Source: Trichodelitschia bisporula
Lineage: Eukaryota
Reading direction: 5' to 3'
DNA length: 64,000 nt
Assembly: GCA_010356995.1 (NCBI GenBank)
Contig: ML996700.1
Span: forward strand, 1 to 64,000
Position 1 is the stretch's first letter, and the number at the start of each line of letters is the position of its first letter. A program made the position numbers and the translations under genes. Under the pieces are notes generated by a model. That model saw only the letters and a program-made list of their open reading frames with translations. It searched no databases and was not told where the DNA came from. Below, piece by piece: positions 12,641-25,114 of this stretch.

Positions 12641-15625
12641 TCACTGCCAGTGGTTCGCGCTCATGTACGCCTCGTCTTGCGTTCGGTCTTCGAGTGTACG
12701 AATGAAGTCTCTGTTGCTCCGCTGCCCATTCTGCCCAGTGCGACTGCTCCGCCGTCTTGAGTTGGCCGAGTCGGGCGCACCATCTGGAGGCGGTGGGTAG
12801 TAAGCAGGGCTAGGCTGGAGGCGGATCGGAGCGTTAGGGTCGAGGTGGCCCATGACGCGCTGCAGCGCAGCCGGAATGCCGCTCTGGTGCTGCTCAAGCG
12901 TCGATGCACGCTGCCGACCGGCTCGCGTCGTCGCCTGCGCGTACAGATTTTGCTGCTGAGTCGGGAAGCGTTGGGCCTGGGCCTGCGGAAGCATAGCCAG
13001 CGGCGGATTGTAATTCTGTTGTGGTTGCTGGTACGGCGGAGGCGCAGTTTGATGTCCACCAGGACTGTACATGTTGTACGCAGATGCTGTGTAAGGAGAT
13101 TGCGCAGTAGGGCTCTGTGCGTACTGGCCCGCCTGCATTGTGGCGTACGCGGCTGCCTGGGCTGCCTGGGCGGCCTGGGCTGCCTGCTGCTGTTGCTGCT
13201 GCTGACGTTGCTTGCTCAAGGCCTCCGCGCGCTGCTGCTCCTGGACGCCTGGCGCTGGGGACTTGCTAGATCCCGAGCGCAGAGTCATCGGCGGCACAAA
13301 TGGCCCTGTGAACTTTTGCTGCGTGATGAATGGATGCAGCTTAGCCTGGTTTGGTGTCCAGCGCTCAAGAGGGTTGAGATTGAGCAGGCCCTGAGCGAAG
13401 TCGATGAATGCCGTACGGTTGGCCATTTCTACATCATTAGCGCAGCTTCTCTCGATCAGAGTTAGACGTACCTCGCTCGACCTCGTTCGGCTTCATGTTC
13501 TTCCGCGGCATCGGGTAATTCTTGATGATCTCTGGCAGCGTCGTCGCGGTGAAGTACTTTTTGCTCGGCTGCTCCTTGGTGCCGTGCTCGCGGGAGTACT
13601 GCTCCATGCTCTTGAGCCGGTATGTCCGCCGACCATACTCATCGTGAGTCTTCTCAAAGAATTCGCCCGACTGCTTGCCCATCTCGAGCATCCAAGTTGG
13701 CGGCAGCCCCAGCATCTCCGTTATCCGGGCCACTTGGTTGTACTCTGATGAGCCAGGGAACAAGGGTAAGCCCAGGAACAGCTCGACAACAATGCAGCCC
13801 AGGGACCACATATCAATGGCAGCCGAGTACCTGTACGTGTAAGCGTGGTGTGACTATGCTTTGCTGGGTCAAACGTACGGCAGTCCGAGCAAAACCTCTG
13901 GTGAGCGGTAGAAGCGCGACTGGATGTACGTGTAGACGGTTTGCCGCTCGTCACAAGCAGAGCCAAAATCAATGATCTTGATGATAGGGCTCTCGAGGCT
14001 GTCCGTATCGTTAGTAGGGTCCAAAAAGTACGAAATGTTACCCCACTTTTTGAGGAGAATATTCTCAGGCTTGAGATCGCAATGGATCAGCTTCGCTTTG
14101 CCGAGACAGGCCAGCCCTGTCAGCAACTGCTGTGCAAACACGCGTACGAGCGTGGTGCTCAATCCGCGGAACTGATTCTGCTTAATTAGCTCGTACAGGT
14201 TCACGCTCAGCAGCTCAAACACTAGGCACAAGTGCTGCCGGTGAATGAAGGTGTCCCGTAGGCGCAGCAGGTGATGGTCGTCATTCTTGTCCATTTGCTT
14301 GTTGAGCTTATATAGTTAGCGAGGATATAACGAAAGGGTAAATATAGCGTACCAAATCGAGCACGGACACCTCCATCATGCTCTGGTTGAAATACGCCGT
14401 CCGGTTCTTGACGACCTTGACGGCCACGACCTCCTGCGTCTTGAGATTTTGGCATTTGACAACTTGACCGAAAGTGCCCTGGCCAAGGACGTCGAGGATG
14501 AGGTAGCGATTCCTAGAGGCGTTAGTCGTTGCCGGCTTTCGGCACAAGTAACTTACTTGTGGCCCGACTCCTCCGAGCCCAATATGTCATTGACATATAG
14601 GATGTAGTCGCTATCCTCATTATCGTAGCCGTCATTTTTGACGCCCTTGCTCGGCTTAGTCAACACGCGCCGCGGATTGCGCGACGACTCGTATTTGAAG
14701 CCCGGGTTGCATATCCGGTAGGTAGCGGGAAGATGCGTGGTCAAGGCTGACAGCGGCTGGTACGGTTAGCACAGAAGCTCAAGGGACGTAACCACTCTTA
14801 CGCTGATAAATCCACCCTCGGGGTTGGCGCGCCGAAACGGTGGCTGATCGTTTATGCGCGGCTCGAGGTCGCCCGTATTGAGGCACTTGGCAAACTTGGG
14901 CACCGGGCCGCGTCCCTGCTGCGGCGACTGGTTCTGCGGCATACGCGGCGACGACTTGGCCTCGCGCGGGTAGCTGGACGGCAGCTGAAGGGGTGCAGAT
15001 TGCGCATGGAAGCTCGTCGACTGGAGGGGAGGGAGTTGAGGAGCATGGGGGCGGGCAGCTGGGAGAGATTAGTCAATTTAGCGAGCCAAGGGAGCTGAGA
15101 TGACATACATGGAGGCGAGGAGTAGTAGCTCTGCGGTGCGGCGGCGTAGCTGTTCCGCGTTGGCGATGATCGGTTCTGCTGCTGGGACTGCGAAGTGTAG
15201 TTCGCGTACGCAGCATGCATAGAAGTTTGCGGCGCAGCAGTCGAGTATGGCGACGCGGGAGTCAGGTTCATGGGGGAGTAGCGGCGTGCAGCCGAAGACT
15301 CCTCCTGTGCCAGCTGGGCCGATGGCATGCGCTGGTGGGCGGAGCGAGCGGCTTGCTGCTTCTTAGTGTAAGCGTCGGCGTCCTCCATGGCGACGTCGCC
15401 GTCAATGTCCCCAAATCGAGCCTGCGAAGCCGAGGGCGAGGTCATGGACTGAGTGTTGGAGCGGATAACCGTCTGCTGCGGGTGCTGCTGCTGGTAAGGG
15501 GTTTCCTGCTTGATAGGCGCAGTCGCAGCGTGCTCGCGGAGGACGGGTTGGTGGGAGGGGATGGTTTGGGGAGCGTAGCGCGGTTGGAGCGGCGTCTCCG
15601 CATAGGAGCCCCACTGCTGGTCCAT
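12641..15625 (-). CDS. YAK1: DYRK-family Ser/Thr kinase Yak1, multi-exon
   Basis: [55 protein letters not shown], and Q-rich termini. Confidence 0.95.
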
Positions 15626-17282
15626 GGTGACGGGGTTTGACGGGGGGTGGAGGGGGAGGTTGGAGTGCTCTTAACAGAGACGAGGGGAAGAGAGGGGAAA
15701 TGCGACAAGCGCAATAAAGACCCTCGAGTGATGGAGGAAGAGAATGCAAAAGGAAAGAATCAGGCGAGGGAGGTGGTGAGCATTCTCACTTGCGTGGTGG
15801 GGAACTCTTGGTGGTTTTGCTTGGGGGTTGCTTGGGAGCGAGTCGAGGTGACTGACGTTGAGGAAAACAGCCAAGTAAGGCCTGGGGGGGAGGGGTGGTG
15901 TGTGGTTGTGGAGGATCACGGGGGGGAGAGAGCGCGGCTAATCGCTGGGCTCCTCTCTTCGACGGACTGCTGCAGGATGAGGGAGTATTGGGAGCGCAGT
16001 TGGGCCGAAAGTGTGGGAGACAAATGACGCAACTTGGTGCTTGTCTGAAGATGATTTGGTTCGAGTAAAGAGCCGTTGGGGAGTATGGCGTGCCTTTGTG
16101 GCTAGGGAGTATACTTGTATAGCTCCTGGGAAAGGCAAGAGAAGGAAGGTAAGAAAGATATAGTGGAAGAGAGGGATTTGTTGTTACGCGTTGTGTGGTG
16201 AGAGGAAAGTCGAGATGATGCAGGAAGAGGAGGAGTGGAGTGGCGGTGGTGTTGTTTGTTGCAGCGTCGAAAAGGCACAGCGAGAGGATAAGCAGTGGAG
16301 AGATGGTGGAGCGGAGCTGAAAACGAGTCGCCGACAGGAACAAGACGGACCTCACGTTATAAGCGGTCCAAACGTACGGTACTTCACCTCTCATCCATCT
16401 TCACTTCCGCGCTGTCTTCACTTTTTCATCCCCTTTGATGTAGAACAGGATGAATAGGTTCGTGGTGGTCTGACAAACGGGGTCCTCCTCTACCGTAGCA
16501 CTTCAAACGCCTTCTACGGTAGAGTACCAAGTTCACCGCAGTCTGCAAGCAGAGATCAGTGCCGTGAGAGAAACAACATCAACAAAGAGCGCCCTCAGCC
16601 GATGGCGTCGCGAGGGAGGAAGCTGGCGCGTCGAGTCCCATCGCGCCTTCGAGCGGTGACATTTCCTTCCTAACTGTCGACTCGAGATACAAAAGTCACC
16701 ATCTACTCCACCAACAACCCACCAGTGAATTCTGCTTATGATCCTGCCTCATTCGCCTCTTCAAACCTCCATCATCAACAACACCGTCATTGTTGTTGCT
16801 GTCGTCTCCAACCCACCCCGGCCGATCCCCCACCTCCCCTCGCCGCCCTCTCTTTGTTTGGCCAGAAGCCCAACAACCCGACTCGACATGTACAACTCAG
16901 CGCCGCCCACGTTCCTCAATCTCCCCGGCCTTTCTGCCTTCAATGTGCTGGCCTGTCGCCGCCACTCGGCCTTGACGCCTCTTCCCATATCCCGGTCGGC
17001 TGGCAACCGAGCGAAGGAAGCAGCATGCATGTCTGTAACCGCGCGGGAACAGAGCCTCTCGTGGCATTGGCCCTCGAGAGCGTCTGCTGCAAGACTTCCT
17101 CAACAGCATGTTCCTCTGATACATGCCTCTGATATGTGCCGTTGATATGTCCTCCATTTACCGTTGACCCCTTGACTGCATATGTGCCCTTCGACACACG
17201 CCTATGAAATGCGTTTCATCTTACCATTAACTCCATACTCCATATCCCATCAATGCCCATCCCATGCCGTCAAGTACTGTAG

Positions 17283-18015
17283 CTACACCCTTCCCAACCT
17301 CTCCGCATTCGACTCCTCACACCCCGTATGAATCCTCGGATCGTAGTGCTCATAATCCTCATCCTCCGTATCACTCTCCTCATCCACAACAGACTGCGGC
17401 GCCGGCTTGCCCGGCTTGTCGGGCAGTCGCTTCTCCTCCGCCGCCGCCGCCGCCGCAACCGCCGCTGGGGGATTAACCGGGGCAAACGCGCTCTTAAACC
17501 CCGCCTTCTTGAACCCGGCTTTCGGGCCCGTCTTCTCGCTCTCCAGCTTCAGTGGTTTAATCGTAATGAGCCCGGACATCTCGTCCGCTTTGCGTTCGGC
17601 GCGGCGTGCACCCTTCGGGTCACGTTGCATCTGCTTAAGGTCCCGGAGGCGCTGGATCCGTTAGTGTGAGGTTGAGGAGTGTGGTATTGAGGGGGGGGGG
17701 GGGGGGGGGGGCGCACGCGTGTGTGTTGGTGGTCGTAGGATGCTTCATGTGCTTCGTACTCATTCATCCGACTGTAGCCCTTCTGGCAGAGCTCGCCTGG
17801 GCCGTTAGCACCGCCTCAAATTACTCCAAAGGCTCGACATACAAAAGAAAGCTTTCCGCGCCTCCTTCGCGCTCTCGGTCTGCGCGTCGTTAGAACCCAC
17901 GTGTCCGCAAGATTAGAACTAGAGGGAAGCGCACCTTGGGAGCCGGATTCGTAAACCCGCGCTGGCGGCATTAGCAACCTCCCAAACAAACGACTTTCGT
18001 CCCTACCGGCGCCAT
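17283..18015 (-). CDS. Small conserved C2H2 zinc-finger protein, 5 exons
   Basis: Spliced product MAPRGFTNPAPKTESAKEARKAFFCELCQKGYSRMNEYEAHEASYDHQHTRRLRDLKQMQRDP... contains CxxC...H...H. Confidence 0.8.
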
Positions 18016-18206
18016 CGTGTGACTGTAGATCCGCAAACAGTGTTGTTCGTGAATCGAGCGCCGCCCGTTCACCCGCTCCGATGACATAGGGTACCCCCCG
18101 CCGCCCCGCCGCCACGGGTCCAAAACCCCACGCCCGGACCAAGCCCGGGGACCGAGAACTCAACACCAAACTCGCATCTCCAACCCACACAATCCACGAA
18201 CACGCA

Positions 18207-19201
18207 ATGGACGACCCCGATCTCGAGCGCCTGGACTCGCGGTCTGCGGTCGAATTAACCGAAATCGACCCCGCGCCGCTGGACGACCCGGATGCGGACG
18301 CTGTAACCGAGGAGGGTGCTACGTCGCCGAAGTCGCCGTCTTCGTCTATCTTTGCTTCGACGAGCAGTACGCTGGGATTGAATCACGGGCCTGCATTCTA
18401 CCGTACGCCCCAATCCCCCCAAATCCCCCCCCCCAATCTTCAAGCAACTCTAGCTAACCCCCCGCAGTCCTCCGCCTCCAACGCTACTCCTCCTACGCCT
18501 TCACCCTCTTCACAACCCTCCACATAGCCAACACTTCGCTCATCCCCCTCCTCACGCGCTCCCTCCCCGCCTCAGACCCATATCTCCTCCTCACCCGCCC
18601 CCTCTACCAATCCCCCCCCCTCGAACCCCTCCTCATAACCGCCCCCCTCGCCCTGCACATCGCCTCCGGCCTCGCCCTGCGCCTGTACCGCCGTCGCACC
18701 GCCCTCGCGCGCTACGGCGCACACTCGTACAAAGAACGCGCCGCGCTGCCCTGGCCTACGTTGAGTGGCACGTCCGCGCTGGGTTGGATGCTCGCGCCGC
18801 TGGTTGCGGGGCATGCGTTTGTGAATAGAGTGCTGCCGCTGTGGTATGAAGGCGGCAGCGCGAATGTGGGGCTCGAGTATGTGGCGCATGGATTTGCGCG
18901 ACATCCCTGGGTTAGCGGTGTAGTCTACGGTGCGCTGGTGGGCGTGGGTGTGTGGCATGGGACGTGGGGGTGGGCGAAGTGGCTCGGGTTGAGTCCGGAG
19001 AAGATGGGGGGTGGGGAGTTGGGGAGACGGGAACGGGTTAGGAGACGGAGGATCATAAATAGCATTGCGGCAGCGGTTGCGGGGATCTGGATGTTGGGGG
19101 GTTTGGGGATTGTGGCGAGGGGCGGCGAGGCGAGTGGATGGCTTGGGAGGGAGTATGATGGGCTTTATAGCCGAATGCCGGTGTTTGGGGCGTGGTATTA
19201 G
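18207..19201 (+). CDS. DUF1691 / Mcp1-like mitochondrial membrane protein, 2 exons
   Basis: QRYSSYAFTLFTTLHIANTSLIP, LLLTRPLYQ, LHIASG, HAFVNR, YVAHGF, and several transmembrane segments. Confidence 0.8.
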
Positions 19202-19265
19202 AGTAGACGCGGAGAATCTCGAAATCAACAAGTCACACACCACACGCCCATCAGGAACACGCTTC

Positions 19266-20552
19266 CTACCGCCTCCCGAGATCTATATCCAAAACCCTAA
19301 CCATTCCCCCCTCCCCCCCCTTCTCCTCTACCTCAACCCCCATAAACGGCGCAACCCCCTCCCTCACAACCCCCTCCCAAACCTGCTGTATCAACCCCGT
19401 CATCTCCTCCCCAGACTGCTTAAAATCCGGGAAAGCATTAACCTCCAACAACCACACCTGCCCCTTCCCATCCACCATAAAGTCCACCCCAAAAACCTCA
19501 AACGCATTCGGCAGCGCCTGGAAATGCACGCTCGCCCCTCTAGCCGCGGCTTCGAAGACATCGCCCGTCAGGGCGCACACTTGCTCGAATACCTTCTCCT
19601 GCCAGTCCGGCCCTAAGGCTGGATGCGCCGGGAGGGTGGACAGTTCGGAGACAAGACCGGAGCCGAAGCATGTGTTTGTTAGGTGCGCGGCGAGATCGGG
19701 CCCCGAGGAGGGGCCGGAGGAGGTGTCGTCGATGCCCTCCCAAGGGGGCGTGTATGGTTTCGCAGCGAAGAGCGCGAGGACACGCCTATGTACGTAGACT
19801 TTCAGCGCGCCAACAGCGAGGACGTAGGCTCTGAGGTGAAATTTGTGAGGGTGGTCCGGCAGCAGCAAGGGCGGGTGGATGTACGGCTGGGTGAGGAAGT
19901 GGCGGAGGTGTGAGGTTACAATCCCATCCCCACCCCCCTCTGCCCCCTCCACGTCCTCGTCCTCCTCCTCCTCCTCCTCCTCATCTGAGGCCGGAGCATC
20001 CGCCTCCCACCCCTCAAAAATAGCCGCAAGTTCAGCCTCCGTACTGAAGAGTCGTATGCCCTGCCCGCGATCACTCATCCCCGGCTTCAAAATCCACCAC
20101 TCCCGCTCGTGCGCCTCCTTGCCCTCATTCTTCTCAAACGCGGCGCGCAAGTCCCACGCTTCCACCAGGGCGTCGTCTAGGAACTCCGCATAGTCGAGCT
20201 CTATCTCTTCCGCGCGGGGTACGCCGGTTGCGAGGGGCGAGGAGGGGTGTTTAGCTACCCAGCTTGTGATCGTGGAGGCGAGGTAGTGCTTCCGGATTAG
20301 GGCTTTGCGGATTATGTAGGCGTTGATTAGGTGTGTGGTGGGTTGGGAGAGGGCTTGGGAGAAGGGGAGGGATTCGTAGGGGAGGATTGTGAGGAGTTTG
20401 GAGGGGGGGCCGGGGTAAGAGGTGAGGGAGGGGGTGAGGGTGTAGCTGCCTGTGGGGAGAGTGCGGAGGGCGCGTAGGATGAGGGGTTGGACGTAGGGGT
20501 CTTCGTAGTCGATGAGGGCGTAGAAGTGGGGTGGTGAGGGGGAGGTGGACAT
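19266..20552 (-). CDS. Tubulin-tyrosine ligase (ATP-grasp) domain protein, similar to the Pby1 TTL domain
   Basis: YIIRKALIRKHYL, WILKPGMSDRGQGIRLF, KFHLRAYVL, HLTNTC, FEVFGVDFMVD, LLEVNAFPDF. Confidence 0.9.
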   Translation of the reverse strand: MSTSPSPPHFYALIDYEDPYVQPLILRALRTLPTGSYTLTPSLTSYPGPPSKLLTILPYESLPFSQALSQPTTHLINAYIIRKALIRKHYLASTITSWVAKHPSSPLATGVPRAEEIELDYAEFLDDALVEAWDLRAAFEKNEGKEAHEREWWILKPGMSDRGQGIRLFSTEAELAAIFEGWEADAPASDEEEEEEEDEDVEGAEGGGDGIVTSHLRHFLTQPYIHPPLLLPDHPHKFHLRAYVLAVGALKVYVHRRVLALFAAKPYTPPWEGIDDTSSGPSSGPDLAAHLTNTCFGSGLVSELSTLPAHPALGPDWQEKVFEQVCALTGDVFEAAARGASVHFQALPNAFEVFGVDFMVDGKGQVWLLEVNAFPDFKQSGEEMTGLIQQVWEGVVREGVAPFMGVEVEEKGGEGGMVRVLDIDLGRR

Positions 20553-21008
20553 CGTGGAGACGGACAGAGAGAAGATGATGGGAGCGGATCTCTGCTGTTG
20601 AGGTCAGCGGATGTTCAGGATCATAACGCGCATATACCGGAAGTATTGGACTTACATGTGCCTCAAGATGTGGTTTGTCGCGAGTTGCGGACGCGAAAAG
20701 ATGAAGCGATATCACATCCATGCTCGTCACGTGAGTATATCGGGTTTCTAGAACTAGCAGCCTGATGAGCCTCGAGTTAAGATGCCGCTCTCCTCAATAA
20801 AAAGGCAATATCCTCGTACGCCATGTACCGGAATATACATAGCGAGACCATGCACCTTGTACCAAACTCCAGTCTCCAAGTTCATGCTCAGTGTGTACAC
20901 TGATACGCCTCTCCAAGGCTGGAACGGAGAAATATCAGATCCCCGAGGTCTCCAAAGCCTCCCACCGTATTACTCTCACCCAAGCCCCGTGCCATAACCA
21001 AATGATCC

Positions 21009-22160
21009 CTAGGCCTTCACCTTCTCTTCAACCTTCTTGTCCTTGGGCTTGAAAAACGAACTCATCGGCTTCATCCCCTTAGTGTTGACCTTCTTGAGCT
21101 GAGCAATCGCCCGACTCTCCGTCTTCACCTCCTTCTTCTTCTTCGCCGGGCCCTCCTCCGCATCTTCATCCAATGGCCGTTTCCGCTGAAGAAGGCTCTC
21201 AGTAAAACCAGCGCCCTGGTTGAAAACGGCCTTCTTCGCCGCCAGCTCAGCGAGATGCGTATCAAGCGGCGTCCAGTCAACAAGCGTCTTGACCGCAGCA
21301 TCGAGCTTCGTCCGGTACGCAGGCGGAATATACGACCGGGTGATAAAATCCAGCGCGACACGCACCCGCATCAGATCGACCACCTCCTCCGGCGCCACAA
21401 TCTTCGACGGCTTCACCTCCCCACCCTCCACCGCTTCATTCTCCTTCCCCTCCGCCTCCCCTCTCAGATTCGAACAAGGATCAAACAGTGGCCCCCTCAC
21501 CAGCCCCTCCTCCATACTCGCCGGCAGCCCCCTCGCCGCCCTCCGCGCCTTCCCCAGCACCTCTGCCGCGACCTTGACTTCGTTGAGCCGGAAGAGTTTC
21601 TCCAGCCCGGGCACATCCTGCACATCGCACACGGCCTCCGCGCGCGCCGCTAGCTTATCCAAAGCATATGGATCGCGCACGTACGCCGCGAGCGACGCAG
21701 GCGCGTGGTCCAGGAACTGGTCAAGCGGGGCGAACTTCCCCGCCGGCGCCTCCGCAGCCGTCAGGAGGGGGATGAGGAGAAACAAGAAATCGAGCGGTGT
21801 TGCGAGTGTGATGTTCGCGGGTGTGAGAAGCGCGGATGGGCCTGGTGTGGCGGCGGCGGGTGTGAGGAGGAGGGTGCTGGGCTGGGAGGGCGTTCGCGCT
21901 TGGGTGAATTCGTAGAGACCGGTTGGGGAGGAGAGATAGCGTGTGGGCGTTGCGGTGAGCGGGTCGGGAAGGTTGAGGATCCGGCTTGTGGGGGGGAGGG
22001 TGGAGGGGAGGATGAGGGTGTGAGTTGGGCGGGAGGGTTTGGGGTTTGGTTTGGGTTCGGCTGGCTTCGTCTCGGGTTTTGGTGCCGCTTTGCTGGATTT
22101 TGAGGCGAGCTTCTTGTCTTTAGCCGTGGTAGGCTTCGCCTTGGAGCGTAGGGAGACCAT
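21009..22160 (-). CDS. RNH202: Ribonuclease H2 subunit B
   Basis: ATPLDFLFLLIPLL motif, FRLNEVK, and a C-terminal LKKVNTKGMKPMSSFF PIP-box-like end. Confidence 0.82.
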   Translation of the reverse strand: MVSLRSKAKPTTAKDKKLASKSSKAAPKPETKPAEPKPNPKPSRPTHTLILPSTLPPTSRILNLPDPLTATPTRYLSSPTGLYEFTQARTPSQPSTLLLTPAAATPGPSALLTPANITLATPLDFLFLLIPLLTAAEAPAGKFAPLDQFLDHAPASLAAYVRDPYALDKLAARAEAVCDVQDVPGLEKLFRLNEVKVAAEVLGKARRAARGLPASMEEGLVRGPLFDPCSNLRGEAEGKENEAVEGGEVKPSKIVAPEEVVDLMRVRVALDFITRSYIPPAYRTKLDAAVKTLVDWTPLDTHLAELAAKKAVFNQGAGFTESLLQRKRPLDEDAEEGPAKKKKEVKTESRAIAQLKKVNTKGMKPMSSFFKPKDKKVEEKVKA

Positions 22161-22244
22161 GGTGGATAATTAATGCTGGTGGAAGGAACTGGTGCTGTAG
22201 TCGGTGCACGAAGTTCGCGATGTCCACTCCATTTCCAGCCCTAA

Positions 22245-22293
22245 ACGCGCCGCGCCACAAATCACACGCAAACGCGAAACCCACGCGCCGCGT
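22245..22293. promoter_or_regulatory. Cluster of MCB/SCB-like ACGCG cores in the RNH202/MCM10 bidirectional promoter
   Basis: ACGCG at 22245, 22272 (ACGCGAAA) and 22283, and CGCGT at 22289. Confidence 0.55.
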
Positions 22294-22413
22294 TTCAGCC
22301 AAACCACCGCACCAGCCACACCAGGAACCACCTCCTCCCTGTGGCTGACACCGCTTCCCTACTCGCAGTTCACATCTGCGAAGCGCAAGAAAACATCACC
22401 GAATGCTTCAACC

Positions 22414-24901
22414 ATGTCCGCCTTCGGCCTATCCCCCAAGGCAAAGCGTCCGCTCCCCTTCCATTCACGCTGAATGAAAACTGACATCTGTAGTTCCTCC
22501 AAAAGAACCCCAATGGCCCCCGCGCTCCCCCCACGAAGCCCTCCTCGCCTCGCCCAGCGGGCGGAAGAAGTATCAAAGACGGAGGGAGGACGTCAGTCCC
22601 TCGCCCTCGCCGCGTAGACCCGCGCCGTCGCGCATGATGCCTGCGTCCGTGGACGGCACAGCCGACGATCCCGACGTGGACGAGGAGGAGGACGAAGAAA
22701 CGCTCCAACTCCACCTCGCAGCCATTGAAGCACGGCTCAAGCTCAAAAGGCTCCAACAAGCAAAAGCCAAAAAAGCAGCCTCGACCGCAGACTCCGCACC
22801 GCAAGTACATCCCACACCAAACCCGCCCCGCCCTCCAGCTTTCACTCGCCCCCGCCCCCGCACCCCAGAGCCGGAAATACAAGTCCCCCTCTCGCCGACC
22901 CGCCGCCCGCCGAAGAGTCCCGCCCGCGTCCTTCTGGGCATAGACAAGGGCCTGCGCGCAAAAGATGTCTCGCTGAAGCGCCCCGCAGGGTCACGACCAA
23001 CCGGCGTAGCACCCAGCACCGGCGTGATCTCCACCGCTCCTCGGAACCACCCTTGGGCCAAACCCGCTGTACCCACCGAGAAGCCGAAGTCCTTCTCCGA
23101 ACGCATCGCCGAGCAGCGTGCCTCCGATGCTGCGCAAACGGCTAGAGCGGCTCGTGTGCAGAAGGCGCGGAGTACGGGGTTCGGCCTTGCGCGGCAAGCG
23201 GACGATCCGTTTACGGATAGTAGCCGTGCTGCGTCGGCGCAGAGTGAGTTGAGTGGGCGTGGGGGGAGGGCGAGGACGTTGGCTAGGACGGCGGGCGAGA
23301 GGCCCGGGAGTAGCTCGAGTGCGGCGAGTGCGGCGTCTATGCCGGCAAGCTCGGTTACATCGGCGTCTACGGCTACAGCCCCGACGTCTGTAGGCTCAGT
23401 CCCGGCGGCGCCAGCGGCTGCAGCTCCGGGTGCAGCGACAGACTCTTTTGACTCCTACTCCGGGCTGCACCTAAGCCGCCGAACAATCTCCCACACGGAT
23501 CTCACGCGGCACGTCCACGAAAAGGAACTCTACACCCTCCCGCGCCTCCTCCACGAAGTCAAAGCACCGGATTACGACCCCCCGGACTGCGAAAATGACT
23601 ACATAGTCCTCGGCATCATCGCCAGCAAATCCACCCCGCTAAACCACAAATCGGCCCCTAAAACCAGCTCCTCAGCCCCGGACCCGGACGAAGCAAAACC
23701 CAAATTCATGGTCCTGCGCCTCACGGATCTAAAATGGGAAATAGATCTCTTCCTCTTCGACACCGGCTTCACGCGCTTCTACAAACTCCAACCCGGCACC
23801 CTAATCGCCGTCTTAAATCCAGGCATCATGCCCCCCCGCGACCGCGACACCGGCGCGTTCAGCCTCAAACTCGCCTCCTGCGAAGACACAGTTCTGGAAA
23901 TCGGCACCGCGCGCGATCTCGGACACTGCACGGCCCTGAAAAAGGATTCTCAGCCCTGCGGCGCTTGGATCGATGCCCGCAAGACGACGGTGTGCGAGTA
24001 CCACATCGGCCTGCAGGTGGACAAGGCGCGCAAAGGGCGCCAGGCACTCAATAACTCGACCTCCTTCCCCCTCACCGGCCTCACCTACGACCGGAATAAA
24101 GGCGGCAGAGGTGGAGGCCGCGGCCGGGGCGGTTGGCGCGGCGGGGGAGGGTGGGAGGGGAAAGGGGAGTTGAAGCGCGAAGGCCGCCATTACGACTCCT
24201 TCCTCAACGAAGCGATGTACATCGCCCCCCGCGAGTATTCCCGCTCCAGCGCCAGCCTCCTCGATGGTGACGACACCGCCACCCTAGACGCCGACGCGCG
24301 CGCCGCACGCGCCGCGACACGGGCCCGTGAAGCGGCAAGAGAAGCCGAGCTCGCGGCTAGACTAGGCGGCGGTGCCTTCGGCGGGGGCGTAGGGGGTGAT
24401 TATCTAGCCAGCCGGGCGGGGAGGATTAACGGTGGTGGGCCTACGGGGGGTGGAGGTGCGGGACGAGAGGGGAGGGAGGGGGGTGGCCCGGAACTCCCGC
24501 CGCCGAAGGACGCGGCGAGCTTGGGACTGCTGGGGAAGAAAGCCGTGGACGTGAGTCTTGCGCCTGCGGCTGGGAAGCGGAAGCGCGTGGTCACGGGCGG
24601 GACGGCGGAGCCGGTGGGGTGGGCCGGGGCGCGGTGGCGGAATCTGGCGCCGACTGGGAGGGCGGGGGCTGGTGCTGGGGCTGCGGGGGGTGTTGTGGGG
24701 ACGATCCCGGATTTGTTCGCTGCGGCGGCGGCGGGTGGGAAGGTTGGAGGGGAGAAAGATGGGGAGAAGAACGCAAGTCCGCGGAAGAGGGCTAGGTTTA
24801 TGCTTGCTGAGAAGGGGATTAGGGAGCCTGGACGGGAGAGTCTAGGCGCTGGTGTAGTGATGGGGGATGATGATGATGATTTGGAGATTATTGGGCTTTG
24901 A
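22414..24901 (+). CDS. MCM10: DNA replication factor Mcm10, 2 exons
   Basis: QWPPRSPHEALLASPSG, LQLHLAAIEARLKLK, FDSYSGLHLSRR, OB-fold with GIIASKS, and zinc finger C..KKD...C..WID.....CEYH. First exon and intron (~22448-22492) are inferred. Confidence 0.9.
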
Positions 24902-25114
24902 AGCTGGGTTTCTGTGGGCGGTGGGAGTTGGTTGGCGTTCCGGATGGGATGGGGAGGTCATAGTTATATCCCCTTTTCTTGTTTGTATGGACTGGACTAA
25001 GGGATAAGGCTCGCTAGTCAACTAGTTCTGGGACTCAGTCGGGCACACGGCCCCTGACTCCACGGCTCCAGCTACCCGGCCATGGACAGCACATTGCCAA
25101 CAAGCCTTCACCCT

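Noticed and set aside
17115..17155. Three degenerate 13-bp repeats (CTGATATGTGCC-like)
   Set aside because: They are too short and degenerate to interpret, and they have no spacers, so this is not CRISPR-like.
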